Of a stretch of 64,000 nt of DNA, positions 53,452 through 62,353 are shown piece after piece. Location of the stretch: positions 33,889-97,888 of the forward strand of contig CAZYCV010000003.1 of assembly GCA_964645305.1 (NCBI GenBank). Direction: 5' to 3'. The first letter of the stretch is position 1, and the number at the start of each line of letters is the position of its first letter. The notes below the pieces were generated by a model. The model saw only the letters and a list, made by a program, of their open reading frames with translations, had not been told where the DNA came from and made no database searches. The stretch comes from an uncultured Terracidiphilus sp. GTDB taxonomy: Bacteria; Acidobacteriota; Terriglobia; Terriglobales; Acidobacteriaceae. The position numbers and the translations under genes are program-made.

Positions 53452-53493
53452 GAACAGGGAACAGGGAATAGGGAATAGGGAACAGGGAATAGG
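53452..53493 (+). repeat. Heptamer tract (YAGGGAA)5, G-quadruplex-capable
   Basis: cagggaa cagggaa tagggaa tagggaa cagggaa tagg. Confidence 0.85.
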
Positions 53494-53499
53494 TAACGG

Positions 53500-53549
53500 T
53501 GTAGCGCCGACCTCCTGGTCGGCTGTGGCGTGGACCTCCCGGTCCACGC
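53500..53549 (+). repeat. Family-C (GTAG-type) REP, double hairpin
   Basis: TGTAGCGCCGACCTCCTGGTCGGCTGTGGCGTGGACCTCCCGGTCCACGC. Confidence 0.8.
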
Positions 53550-53575
53550 AGTACCACACACCAACAGAAAAAACT

Positions 53576-54241
53576 CTATCCTTCGCGCTTCACAAACCGC
53601 CGACCGCGCATCTCATACGCACCGCTAGCCACGCGAGCAATCGCCTCAGTGTAAGCCAGATGCTCCTCGACCAGAATCCGCTCGCTGAGCGAGTGCGCGT
53701 CGTCCGACTCCAGCACGGGAATCGCCCGCTGCAAAATGATTGCGCCATGATCCAGGTGCTCATCGACAAAGTGGACGGTGCAGCCGGCAACCTTGACGCC
53801 GTAGTCAAAGGCCTGCGTCTGCGCCTCAAGGCCGGGAAAGGCGGGCAGCAAGGAGGGATGGATATTCAGAATGCGATTGGGAAAAGCGGCGATGAACTCC
53901 GGCGAGAGCAGCCGCATATAACCGGCCAGGCAGATCAGATCGACATTGTGCGCCTTCAGGCAGGCGATCACGTCAGCGTCATGCTCGGCACGCGGGCGTC
54001 CCTTGGAAACAAATACAGCGTGCGACATTCCTAGTTCTTGAGCGGTTTGCAGCCCACCAGCATCGGCCACGTTGGAGATAACAACGGCGATCTCGACGTT
54101 CGTCAAACGCCCGCAGCGAATCGACTCGGCGATGGCGCGGAAGTTTGAACCACGGCCGGTGAGCAGAATGCCGAGGCGCAAGGGCCGATTTTTTGCAGAG
54201 TATTCCAAAGTGTCCGCAGGGGCTAAAGCCCAATTTTTCAT
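53576..54241 (-). CDS. purN: Phosphoribosylglycinamide formyltransferase
   Basis: GRGSN, LAGYMRLL, NIHPSLLPAFPG, GCTVHFV; start uncertain because it overlaps a family-B repeat. Confidence 0.96.
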   Translation of the reverse strand: MKNWALAPADTLEYSAKNRPLRLGILLTGRGSNFRAIAESIRCGRLTNVEIAVVISNVADAGGLQTAQELGMSHAVFVSKGRPRAEHDADVIACLKAHNVDLICLAGYMRLLSPEFIAAFPNRILNIHPSLLPAFPGLEAQTQAFDYGVKVAGCTVHFVDEHLDHGAIILQRAIPVLESDDAHSLSERILVEEHLAYTEAIARVASGAYEMRGRRFVKREG

Positions 54242-54281
54242 ACGGCATTTGTGGCCCGACTGAAGTCGTGCCCTTGTTACA
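54213..54281 (+). repeat. Family-B REP-like element
   Basis: TCCGCAGGGGCTAAAGCCC...GGCCCGACTGAAGTCGTGCCCTTGTTACA. Confidence 0.8.
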
Positions 54282-54293
54282 GTGCGCGTTCAT

Positions 54294-54357
54294 TTGTCAA
54301 CCTGTGAACCTGTCAACTTGTGAACCTGTCAACCTGTAAACCTGTCAACCAGTCAAC
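54294..54357 (+). repeat. Octamer tandem tract (CCTGTSAA)n
   Basis: About 8 units: cctgtgaa cctgtcaa cttgtgaa cctgtcaa cctgtaaa cctgtcaa ccagtcaa. Confidence 0.85.
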
Positions 54358-54360
54358 AAA

Positions 54361-55410
54361 CTACGTGTACTGCACCCGCCGCTCGCCTTTGACCACGCGT
54401 CCGACTACGTAAAACTTCTCTTCGGCGCGGTCCAGCAGATTCTTGGCCTTGGTGAACTTGGCCGCAGGAATCGCCGCAATCAGCCCGATGCCCATATTGA
54501 AGGTGCGCATCATCTCCTCTTGCGAGACCGAGCCCAGCTCGCGCAGATGCTCGAAGATGGGCAGCACCGGCCAGGAGCCGATCTCGATCTGCGCCGTTAC
54601 GTTCTTGGGTAAGATGCGAGGCAGGTTTTCCGTAATGCCGCCGCCGGTGATGTGCGCCATGCCCGTGGTCAGCCCGGCAGTTACAAGTTTCTGAATCACA
54701 TGCAGATAGCTGCGATGCGTCTTCATCAGCGACGCGCCGGCCTTCTCCTTGATCGCGGTCACGTATTGCGTGGGCTTGTAGCCGGCCACCTCAAAGAAGA
54801 GCTTGCGGGCCAAAGAATAGCCGTTCGTATGCAGCCCGGTCGAAGGAATTCCGATCAGCACGTCGCCGGCCTTGATGCCCGCGCCCGTCACCATCTTCTC
54901 CCGGTCCACCGCGCCCACAATAAAGCCGGCCAGATCGTACTCGCCGTCTGAATAAAAGCCCGGCATCTGCGCCGTCTCGCCGCCGATCAGCGCGCAGCCA
55001 TTGGCCTTGCACGCCTCGGCCAAGCCGGAGATCACGCTCTCTGTCACCTCGGCATCCAGCTTTCCACTGGCAAAATAATCCAGAAAAAAAAGCGGCGTGG
55101 CGCCCTGCACGGCGATGTCATTGACGCAATGGTTCACCAGGTCCGCGCCGACCGTATGGTGCAGCCCCATCTCGAAGGCGATCTTCAGCTTGGTGCCCAC
55201 GCCGTCAGCCGAGCTGACCAGAATGGGCGACTTCCAGCGCTGCGAGTCCAGCCGGTAGAGCGCGCCAAAGCCGCCGATCCCGCCCAAAACATTGCGGTTA
55301 AAGGTCTTCTGCGCCAAGTACTTGATGCGCTCCTTGGTGCGGTCGCCACTGCTAATGTCCACGCCGGCGTCGGCGTAGGTCACGGATTTGATTTTGGTTT
55401 CGTCAGACAC
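54361..55410 (-). CDS. purM: Phosphoribosylformylglycinamidine cyclo-ligase (AIR synthetase)
   Basis: TYADAGVDI, DGVGTK, GGETAQMP, AHITGGG, RTFNMG; GTG start at 55410. Confidence 0.97.
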   Translation of the reverse strand: MSDETKIKSVTYADAGVDISSGDRTKERIKYLAQKTFNRNVLGGIGGFGALYRLDSQRWKSPILVSSADGVGTKLKIAFEMGLHHTVGADLVNHCVNDIAVQGATPLFFLDYFASGKLDAEVTESVISGLAEACKANGCALIGGETAQMPGFYSDGEYDLAGFIVGAVDREKMVTGAGIKAGDVLIGIPSTGLHTNGYSLARKLFFEVAGYKPTQYVTAIKEKAGASLMKTHRSYLHVIQKLVTAGLTTGMAHITGGGITENLPRILPKNVTAQIEIGSWPVLPIFEHLRELGSVSQEEMMRTFNMGIGLIAAIPAAKFTKAKNLLDRAEEKFYVVGRVVKGERRVQYT

Positions 55411-55543
55411 GGTGCGGCTTTCTGCGGATGGAATTATGGATCGGCGCTCTAGGCCGGGAAGATCAATTTTAGCAGGAAACTGGTCCTCTCGTCGTGCATT
55501 CTGAACGGCAAACCTCTTGAAAGCTAAAAATTCAAAGATAAAA

Positions 55544-55606
55544 TGGAAAGCCGACTTGACAAACAATCCGCCTTGTCCTACTCTGAATTGGAAAGCAGAC
55601 TTTACA
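55544..55606 (+). promoter_or_regulatory. Sigma70 promoter with two operators
   Basis: TTGACA (55556)-17 bp-TACTCT; operators TGGAAAGCCGACTTGACA and TGGAAAGCAGACTTTACA. Confidence 0.8.
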
Positions 55607-55818
55607 TGGCGCGCATCATTACAAATCGGGTCAAGGAACTCCGTGCCGCCCGCGAGTGGACGCAGGAGCAACTGGCGCAGGCCGCCGGCGTCTCGCGCCA
55701 AAGCATCAACTCCATCGAGCGCGATCGCTACGTGCCCAGCCTGGAGCTGGCGCTGGTCTTTGCGCGCATCTTCGCCTGCCCCACCGATGAGATTTTTCAG
55801 TTGGAGGAGAAAGCATGA
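55606..55818 (+). CDS. XRE/Cro-type HTH transcriptional regulator
   Basis: TQEQLAQAAGVSRQSINSIE..YVPSLELA. Confidence 0.95.
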   Translation: MARIITNRVKELRAAREWTQEQLAQAAGVSRQSINSIERDRYVPSLELALVFARIFACPTDEIFQLEEKA

Positions 55819-56054
55819 TCCATCCGATCTTGAGCCGCATTCTCATGCTCGACCATCTTGCCGACGAGCGATTCCGCGAACATACCCGGCGCTCAACCAG
55901 TGCCGCAGCTATCGCCGGAACCATCACCGCATTTGCTCTGCTCGAAGTTCACCTGCTTATTGAGCACCGCGTTCCCTGGGATTTGATCCTGGTGATCTAC
56001 GCCATGGGCGCGGTAAAAATCGCTCTCATGCTCTGGTATCGCTTTAGAAATTAG
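55815..56054 (+). CDS. Small 2-TM protein coupled to the XRE gene
   Basis: ATGA overlap; DERF motif followed by two TM helices. Confidence 0.8.
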   Translation: MIHPILSRILMLDHLADERFREHTRRSTSAAAIAGTITAFALLEVHLLIEHRVPWDLILVIYAMGAVKIALMLWYRFRN

Positions 56055-56056
56055 GT

Positions 56057-56106
56057 TGTAGCGCCGATCTCCAGATCGGCTTTCGTGCGGGCCTCCAGAC
56101 CCGCGC
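56057..56106 (+). repeat. Family-C (GTAG-type) REP
   Basis: TGTAGCGCCGATCTCCAGATCGGCTTTCGTGCGGGCCTCCAGACCCGCGC. Confidence 0.8.
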
Positions 56107-56137
56107 ACCACTTAGGTTCAATGAAAGGATCTTACAA

Positions 56138-56392
56138 ATGGCCCTGCTCGACACGTGCAGTTTGAAAAAATCTCTGCCGGTTCTCTTTGCACTGCTCGTC
56201 GTGGCTCAAGTCGATCTGGCCAGTGCCTTCGGCTGGCCGCAGTCGCTCTTGTCTATCTTGCATCTAACCGCTGCATCCGGCGATCAATGCCGTGGATGCT
56301 TGGCGGGCATTGGAGCATCGATCGATCTGCTGACGCTCTTCCAACTCGCCCGCATCTTCGCCAAACGCGCCATGCAATCCCGTAAGGATTGA
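56138..56392 (+). CDS. Small membrane hypothetical protein
   Basis: AAAGGA RBS; hydrophobic; similar in layout to 57307-57552. Confidence 0.55.
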   Translation: MALLDTCSLKKSLPVLFALLVVAQVDLASAFGWPQSLLSILHLTAASGDQCRGCLAGIGASIDLLTLFQLARIFAKRAMQSRKD

Positions 56393-56449
56393 AGGCGCGC
56401 CGATTGTGACTTGGATTTTATCTCCAACACTCAGAATAGGGAGGGGCAA

Positions 56450-57256
56450 ATGTCAGCGATTCTGACTGGTTTCATCGATCTGATCTTGGCCGGTTACATT
56501 GTCCACAGAGTTTTGTACACCAGCCGCACCTATCAGCAACTCAAACGAGACCTTAAGCAAGGCGACACGAAGGCCCGGAACCATTATTATCAGCGCATTC
56601 TGGCCTTTGAATGTCTCAGCGCCACACTGGCGCTGATCGCGCTGCAATTCGACATCAGCAAGCTCCGGCCCGGATCTTTGGCATTGACGCGCAGCATCTT
56701 GCCGTTGGCCGTGCAAGGCGAAGAGTTTTCAGAGGGATTCTTTTCTGGCCTCACCGGCGGCCTCGTCGGTGGCCTCGTCTTTGCCACGGCAGCCGCAATC
56801 CTGATTCGCATCTGGAAGAACCGCCAACCGCAAAGGGAACAAAAAAAGCGCTGGTGGCAACGTTTCGTGCCGGATTTTATGGATCTGCTTCCGACGAATC
56901 CCCGCGAGAGGCTCCTGTTTGCCGCCGTTGCCATCAGCGCAAGTGTCTGCGAAGAGCTCGTCTTTCGCGGATGGCTGCTCTACACATTGCATAACGCCCT
57001 GGCGCTGAACGGTATGACTCTGATTCTGGTTGGCGCTGCCTGCTTTGGGTTGGCCCATTACTACCAGGGCGCAATTGGAGTGATTGGGACAGCGTTTGCC
57101 GCTGTATTATTCACTTCTCTCTATGTGGTGAGCGGTTCTCTATTGCTGCCGATCCTGCTGCATATTCTGATTGATCTACGCTGGGTGCTGCTTCCGGCGC
57201 GCCGCGGAATCAATCTGCCGGAGTTGACTACAGAGAACGCTGCCGGCGTTGCATAA
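56450..57256 (+). CDS. CPBP/Abi (CAAX protease-like) intramembrane metalloprotease
   Basis: EELVFRG, FGLAHYYQG, HILID motifs. Confidence 0.93.
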   Translation: MSAILTGFIDLILAGYIVHRVLYTSRTYQQLKRDLKQGDTKARNHYYQRILAFECLSATLALIALQFDISKLRPGSLALTRSILPLAVQGEEFSEGFFSGLTGGLVGGLVFATAAAILIRIWKNRQPQREQKKRWWQRFVPDFMDLLPTNPRERLLFAAVAISASVCEELVFRGWLLYTLHNALALNGMTLILVGAACFGLAHYYQGAIGVIGTAFAAVLFTSLYVVSGSLLLPILLHILIDLRWVLLPARRGINLPELTTENAAGVA

Positions 57257-57306
57257 ATCCCCGATGCGTTTTATCCGCGCAAAACCAAAACAAGGAGGAA
57301 TCCAAA

Positions 57307-57552
57307 ATGTGCCTCAATCGCCGTAATCTCGATCCCAAATCCCGCCGCCTGATGATGATCGCCAATATCGCGTTCATCTGCGGAATTCTGCTGTTGAACG
57401 CCGAGCGCGAGAGTTGGATTCACCTCTCCAGCCAGTATGCGCGGAATTGGATCGACGCACTCACCGGCTTCTGCTTGAGCCTGTACATCTCAATCATGTT
57501 TTTTGGATTGCGCAAAGCCCGCTGCTGCGCCATCCCCGATGCTGACAAATGA
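57307..57552 (+). CDS. Small 2-TM hypothetical protein
   Basis: AAGGAGG RBS; two hydrophobic helices. Confidence 0.7.
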   Translation: MCLNRRNLDPKSRRLMMIANIAFICGILLLNAERESWIHLSSQYARNWIDALTGFCLSLYISIMFFGLRKARCCAIPDADK

Positions 57553-57577
57553 CAGAAGTCGAACCCTGGAGCGCGCC

Positions 57578-58300
57578 ATGAAAATCACCATGATCGGCCA
57601 CAGCACCGTACTGATTGAAGCCGCCGGTATGAAGATTCTTACCGACCCCTACTTCGGCTCTTGGGGCAACCTCGCCTACAAACGCACCGCGCCGCCCTTC
57701 AAGTCCAGAGAAGAGATGGCGGGAGTCGATCTGGTTCTGCTCTCGCACACCCACTGGGACCACACGGACTCCCGCTACTTTCGCGCCCTTGCTCCCTCCA
57801 TACCGGTAGTCACGCGGCGCGCTGCCGCCTGGTTGACCCGCTTGCAAGGCGCGCAAAATATGGTCGGCCTGACCCCGTGGCAATCGCAAGACTTCGGCGC
57901 GGTGCGCGTCACAGTCACGCCCGCCTACCACCTCGCGATTCCCTGCGGATTCGTCCTTGAGGCAGAAGGCAAAGCCGTCTACTTTGCCGGAGACACCTAT
58001 TACGGCGGATTCATGAAGCAGATCGGCGCGCGCTTCCGCCTGGATCTGGCGCTGATGCCGGTGACCACCTTCCGCGTTCCCATGACCATGGGAGAAAAAA
58101 GCGCCGCCCGCGCCGTGGAAGCGCTCCATCCTCGCACGGTCATTCCCATTCATCTCGGCATTCAGCCGCGCTCGCCGCTGCTCAGAACCGGTCAGACTCC
58201 AGAGCGATTCGGCCAGCGCCTGCGCAACGCTGGATCAGAGACCGAGGTGGTCATCCTGCATGAAGGCGAGAGCTGGACGAGCATAGGCGCTCAGCCATAA
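57578..58300 (+). CDS. MBL-fold metallo-hydrolase
   Basis: GHSTVLI, TDP, SHTHWDH, FAGDT, IPIH. Confidence 0.93.
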   Translation: MKITMIGHSTVLIEAAGMKILTDPYFGSWGNLAYKRTAPPFKSREEMAGVDLVLLSHTHWDHTDSRYFRALAPSIPVVTRRAAAWLTRLQGAQNMVGLTPWQSQDFGAVRVTVTPAYHLAIPCGFVLEAEGKAVYFAGDTYYGGFMKQIGARFRLDLALMPVTTFRVPMTMGEKSAARAVEALHPRTVIPIHLGIQPRSPLLRTGQTPERFGQRLRNAGSETEVVILHEGESWTSIGAQP

Positions 58301-58431
58301 TACAAGCCGAGAACAGTGGGCAATCCCTGTAACTTTTGCAGGAGTTTGGAATCACATAGGGTACGCGGCAGAACCATTGCTCGCGCCTAGACCGCCGTAT
58401 CTGCGGCCCAGGAACAAAGGAGTGATTTCCC

Positions 58432-59685
58432 GTGATCTTCCTGCTCGCGTTAGCGAACTTCGGCGGTATTCTGACGATTCTGAAGCTCTGTATCCTTCTC
58501 GTGCTGACGTTTGCCTTTGCGCACAGTGATCGGTTCTTCCGCACGAGCGGCTTGCCGCTGCTGGTGGGCAAGGCCAGAGCCACTGCCTTGGCGGCAACTC
58601 TCGTGATCGCGTGCGGAGCGTCGGCGGGAATGGCTGCACAGTCCGTTCCGCCCGCAGCACCAACCACGAACAGCGACAACCAGCCGGCGATGATGATGAT
58701 GTCCGCGGGCGGTGATTCTTCCGGCGTGCCGACAATGCTGCCAGATTTGAGCGGCGCAACCTCTTGGATCAATTCAGCTCCGCTGACTCCTGAGTCGCTG
58801 CGCGGCAAGGTAGTGGTGGTCGATTTCTGGGCCTACTCTTGCATCAACTGCCTGCGCTCGCTGCCTGCCGTCGAGGCCTGGTATGGCAAATACAAAGACA
58901 GCGGTTTGGTGGTCATCGGCATCCACACGCCGGAGTTTCCCTTTGAAAAGAATGAAGCCAACGTCCGCAAGGCGATGCGCAAGTTCGGCGTGGAGTTCCC
59001 GGTTGCCTTGGACAATGACTATCGCCTCTGGCGCGGCTTCCACAATCAGTTCTGGCCGGCGCATTACTTTATGGATGCAACGGGCCGCGTGCGCTTTCAC
59101 CACTTTGGCGAGGGCGACTACGAGCAATCCGAGGCCTGGATTCGCACCCTGCTGGAGGAGCGCAACCACCAGAAGCCGCCGGAGCTAGCCGTAACGATGG
59201 CCGCGACCGGCGCGGAGGCTGCCTCGGAGGCGAGTGGCGTGCAATCGCCGGAGACCTACATCGGCTACATTCGCGCGCAGAACTTTGCCTCGCCGGAAGG
59301 CTTCAACGAGGACGAGGCGCAACTCTATCACGCGCCCGCCAAACTCGCGCTGAATCAATGGGCGCTCGAAGGCCAATGGAAGGACGAGAGCCAGATCGCC
59401 ACGCTGCAATCGGCGACAGGCGGCATTGACTTCCACTTTTATGCCCGCGACTTGCATCTGGTTCTGGGGTCCGCTGAGGGCGCGCCGCTGCGCTTCCGCG
59501 TCACACTGGACGGCAAGCCCCCCGGCGCGGACCACGGCGAAGACTGCGACGAAGATGGCGAGGGCGTGGTCACCGGCAGCCGTTTGTATCAATTGATTCG
59601 CCAGAAGAGCGGCGCGCGGGATAGGCTTTTTAGGATCGAGTTTCTTGCGCCCGGAGTGCAAGCATTTTCGTTTACCTTTGGCTAA
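58432..59685 (+). CDS. DipZ-like redoxin (thioredoxin plus C-terminal DipZ domain) with a vestigial membrane domain
   Basis: DFWAYSCINC, GIHTPEF, WPAHYF, SPETYIG, FSFTFG. Confidence 0.9.
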   Translation: MIFLLALANFGGILTILKLCILLVLTFAFAHSDRFFRTSGLPLLVGKARATALAATLVIACGASAGMAAQSVPPAAPTTNSDNQPAMMMMSAGGDSSGVPTMLPDLSGATSWINSAPLTPESLRGKVVVVDFWAYSCINCLRSLPAVEAWYGKYKDSGLVVIGIHTPEFPFEKNEANVRKAMRKFGVEFPVALDNDYRLWRGFHNQFWPAHYFMDATGRVRFHHFGEGDYEQSEAWIRTLLEERNHQKPPELAVTMAATGAEAASEASGVQSPETYIGYIRAQNFASPEGFNEDEAQLYHAPAKLALNQWALEGQWKDESQIATLQSATGGIDFHFYARDLHLVLGSAEGAPLRFRVTLDGKPPGADHGEDCDEDGEGVVTGSRLYQLIRQKSGARDRLFRIEFLAPGVQAFSFTFG

Positions 59686-59700
59686 GAGCTTGTCCGAAAA

Positions 59701-59814
59701 TTTGTAGCGCCGCTCTCCAGAGCGGCTGTCGTGCAGGTCTCCAGACCTGCACCGGCCACCTTCGGGCGGCTAGGAAGCCGCCAGTACAGTCGCTCTGGAG
59801 AGCGGCGCTACAAA
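59701..59814. repeat. REPIN-like element: two inverted GTAG REPs
   Basis: Perfect 24-bp terminal inverted repeat TTTGTAGCGCCGCTCTCCAGAGCG with internal hairpins. Confidence 0.88.
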
Positions 59815-59832
59815 TCAGATAGGGAGGTTTTC

Positions 59833-60450
59833 ATGCGCATATTTGGACAGAATCCATCAGGAGCGTCGGCTGAAAGCGGAAAAGTGAATCTGAGCCGGCG
59901 GGCACTGATTGCCGCTGCGGCGGGCGGCGCGGCGTACCTGGCGTTGCGGCGCGGGGTGATCTTTGCCCCCGAAGAGGTCTCTGCGGCGGACGCTCCCGGC
60001 AGTGTGACCATCGTCGAGTTTGACGACCACGGCCACAAGACCGGCAAAGTAACCGTTCCTCGCGTCATCAAGACCGATGCAGAATGGCGGCGTCAACTTT
60101 CGCCCATCTCTTACGAAGTCACCCGCCGCGCCGGCACCGAGCGCGCCTATACTGGCGCCACTTGGAACTTGCATGATCGCGGCCTCTTCCGCTGCATCTG
60201 CTGCGATACGGCGCTCTTCAGCTCAGAGACCAAGTTCGACTCCGGCACCGGCTGGCCGAGCTTCTGGCAGCCGATTGCGCGGGAAAACGTTGCCCAATCC
60301 GCCGACAATAGCCTGGGTATGGAGCGCGACGCCATCTCCTGCCACCGTTGCGACGCCCATCTGGGCCACGTCTTCAACGACGGCCCACCCCCCACCGGCC
60401 TGCGCTATTGCATGAACTCCGCGGCGCTGCGCTTTGTAAAGCTGGGGTAA
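59833..60450 (+). CDS. msrB: Peptide-methionine (R)-S-oxide reductase, Tat-exported
   Basis: SRRALI Tat motif; [32 protein letters not shown]. Confidence 0.96.
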   Translation: MRIFGQNPSGASAESGKVNLSRRALIAAAAGGAAYLALRRGVIFAPEEVSAADAPGSVTIVEFDDHGHKTGKVTVPRVIKTDAEWRRQLSPISYEVTRRAGTERAYTGATWNLHDRGLFRCICCDTALFSSETKFDSGTGWPSFWQPIARENVAQSADNSLGMERDAISCHRCDAHLGHVFNDGPPPTGLRYCMNSAALRFVKLG

Positions 60451-60541
60451 GGACTCCACAAGAAGCTGCAAAGTAGCTGAGGAGGTTCCTATTTGCAATA
60501 AAGCTGATAGGTTCTGACAAACCTCAACTACCATTGCTTCG

Positions 60542-62104
60542 ATGACCAATCCCAAACTAATTTTTAAACCTGAACTTTTCTTCGGCCTCGTCGGAGCGGT
60601 GGGAACCGATCTCGATAAGGTCATCTCCGTATTGTCAAAAGCTCTCATGGCAGCCGATTACCAGGCAGAACCGATTAGATTGTCGGAAATGCTTCGTGCA
60701 ATCGACAAGTATAAAAATCTTCCCACCAAGTATGCCGACGAATATATCAACGAACACATGACGGCCGGAGATGATTTTCGTAGCATCATGGAGCGGCGAG
60801 ACGCCGTTGCTTTATTGGGTGTTGGAAATGTAAAAGAAATACGCGCATCAAAGGGCAAGACAGAAGGAGAAATCGTATTAAATCAGGCGTACATCTTTCG
60901 ATCTTTGAAGAATCCAGGCGAGATTGAATCTCTTCGAAGAATATATGGCTCATCCTTCTATCTGATTGCTGCATATACAAGCCTTCAAGACCGCCGAGTA
61001 TCCCTTGCAAAACGAATTGCAAAGACTAGAAATTCGTTTCCATATGGAAAGCACTTTGCCGCAGTTGATAAGCTCATCGATAGGGATCAAGAGGAGATCG
61101 GTAACAAAAGCGGTCAAAACACACGTAATAGTTTTCATCTTGCTGACCTCTTTGTAGATACAGGAGCGCCCGAGAAACTGGAACAATCAATTACACGGTT
61201 CGTGGAACTCCTGTTGGGACATCCTTTCCATACCCCGACGCGGGAAGAATACAGTATGTTCCACGCGCAAGCGGCGGCACTTCGATCCGCGGAGCTTGGG
61301 CGACAAGTGGGTGCGGCTATCGCCACGCAAGAAGGTGACATCATCGCAGTTGGTTGCAACGAAGTTCCGAAAGCTGGAGGGGGACTCTATTGGTGTGGTG
61401 ATGCCCCGGACAATCGCGAATTCCGATCCGGAGTGGACGGTGTTGAAGAACAGAAGAGGAATTTGATTGCCGAAACCTTGTGGGTGCTAAAGGAAAAGGG
61501 CTGGTTAGAAAAAGATAAATGCAGTTTATCCACAGATCAGCTTGTCGAACTCGCCCTTGATCCAAGAAATCCGGTTCTTACGAAAGACCTGAAGATCAGG
61601 AGTTTAATCGAGTTTGGAAGAGCAGTCCACGGTGAAATGGCAGCACTTACCGACGCCGCCAAGCGGGGGGTGTCGGTCAATGAATGCGTCATGTTCGTGA
61701 CAACATTTCCATGCCACCTATGTGCACGGCATATTGTCACTGCAGGAATCTCAAAAGTGATTTATATTGAACCTTACGCGAAAAGTTTGGCGGAAGAACT
61801 CTATCCTGATTCGATTTCTGTTGATGAGGATCAAGATAAAGAACACCACGTGCCATTCGTACCATTCGTTGGGATTGCACCACGACAATATATGGACTTG
61901 TTTGCAAACAACAATCGCAAGAATTCCGATGGAACAATTGTGGTTTTTTCTGCAAAAGAGGCGTTACCAAAGTTCTCACAAGAATACACAGTGTACCTGG
62001 AAAACGAAGTCAAAGCATGCAGGGTTCTGCGTCAAACAATGAAAAAGAACGGATTTGCTCAGGAGGGTGAAAATGGCGGAGTGGTTGAAAAGAGTATTGG
62101 ATGA
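60542..62104 (+). CDS. Anti-phage dCTP deaminase (AvcD/Dcd type: P-loop-like domain plus deoxycytidylate deaminase domain)
   Basis: FGLVGAVGTD, RSLKNPGE, TPTREEYSMFHA..AALRS, RQVGAAI, GCNEVPKAGGG, RAVHGEM, TTFPCHLCA, YIEPYAKS; visibly more AT-rich than the flanks. Confidence 0.9.
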   Translation: MTNPKLIFKPELFFGLVGAVGTDLDKVISVLSKALMAADYQAEPIRLSEMLRAIDKYKNLPTKYADEYINEHMTAGDDFRSIMERRDAVALLGVGNVKEIRASKGKTEGEIVLNQAYIFRSLKNPGEIESLRRIYGSSFYLIAAYTSLQDRRVSLAKRIAKTRNSFPYGKHFAAVDKLIDRDQEEIGNKSGQNTRNSFHLADLFVDTGAPEKLEQSITRFVELLLGHPFHTPTREEYSMFHAQAAALRSAELGRQVGAAIATQEGDIIAVGCNEVPKAGGGLYWCGDAPDNREFRSGVDGVEEQKRNLIAETLWVLKEKGWLEKDKCSLSTDQLVELALDPRNPVLTKDLKIRSLIEFGRAVHGEMAALTDAAKRGVSVNECVMFVTTFPCHLCARHIVTAGISKVIYIEPYAKSLAEELYPDSISVDEDQDKEHHVPFVPFVGIAPRQYMDLFANNNRKNSDGTIVVFSAKEALPKFSQEYTVYLENEVKACRVLRQTMKKNGFAQEGENGGVVEKSIG

Positions 62105-62243
62105 GGCAGATCGGCAATTTGATGAACTCCCCGCATGGAAGAAGGCTTCTGCCGACCAATTCCTAAGCACTTCCGCATACGATGTGGAGCGTTCTTCGAC
62201 AACGATTCATGACCCCTTGCCCCGGCAAGAAAAACTTCAGTAG
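62073..62243 (+). CDS. 56-aa hypothetical protein overlapping the deaminase 3' end
   Basis: AGGAGGG RBS; MAEWLKRVLDEADRQFDELPAWKK amphipathic helix. Confidence 0.6.
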   Translation: MAEWLKRVLDEADRQFDELPAWKKASADQFLSTSAYDVERSSTTIHDPLPRQEKLQ

Positions 62244-62353
62244 TATGCTTCATAGCTTAGGGTAGACTTGTATTCAGATCGCTATTGAGCGCAGGGCGAG
62301 ACTATCTATGCGCACCATTCGTCCGCCCCGCAACTATCCCCCGTTCCCTGCCT

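Noticed and set aside
53452..54357. Short repeat tracts as a CRISPR array
   Set aside because: Units are 7-8 bp with no unique spacers, and no cas genes are present.
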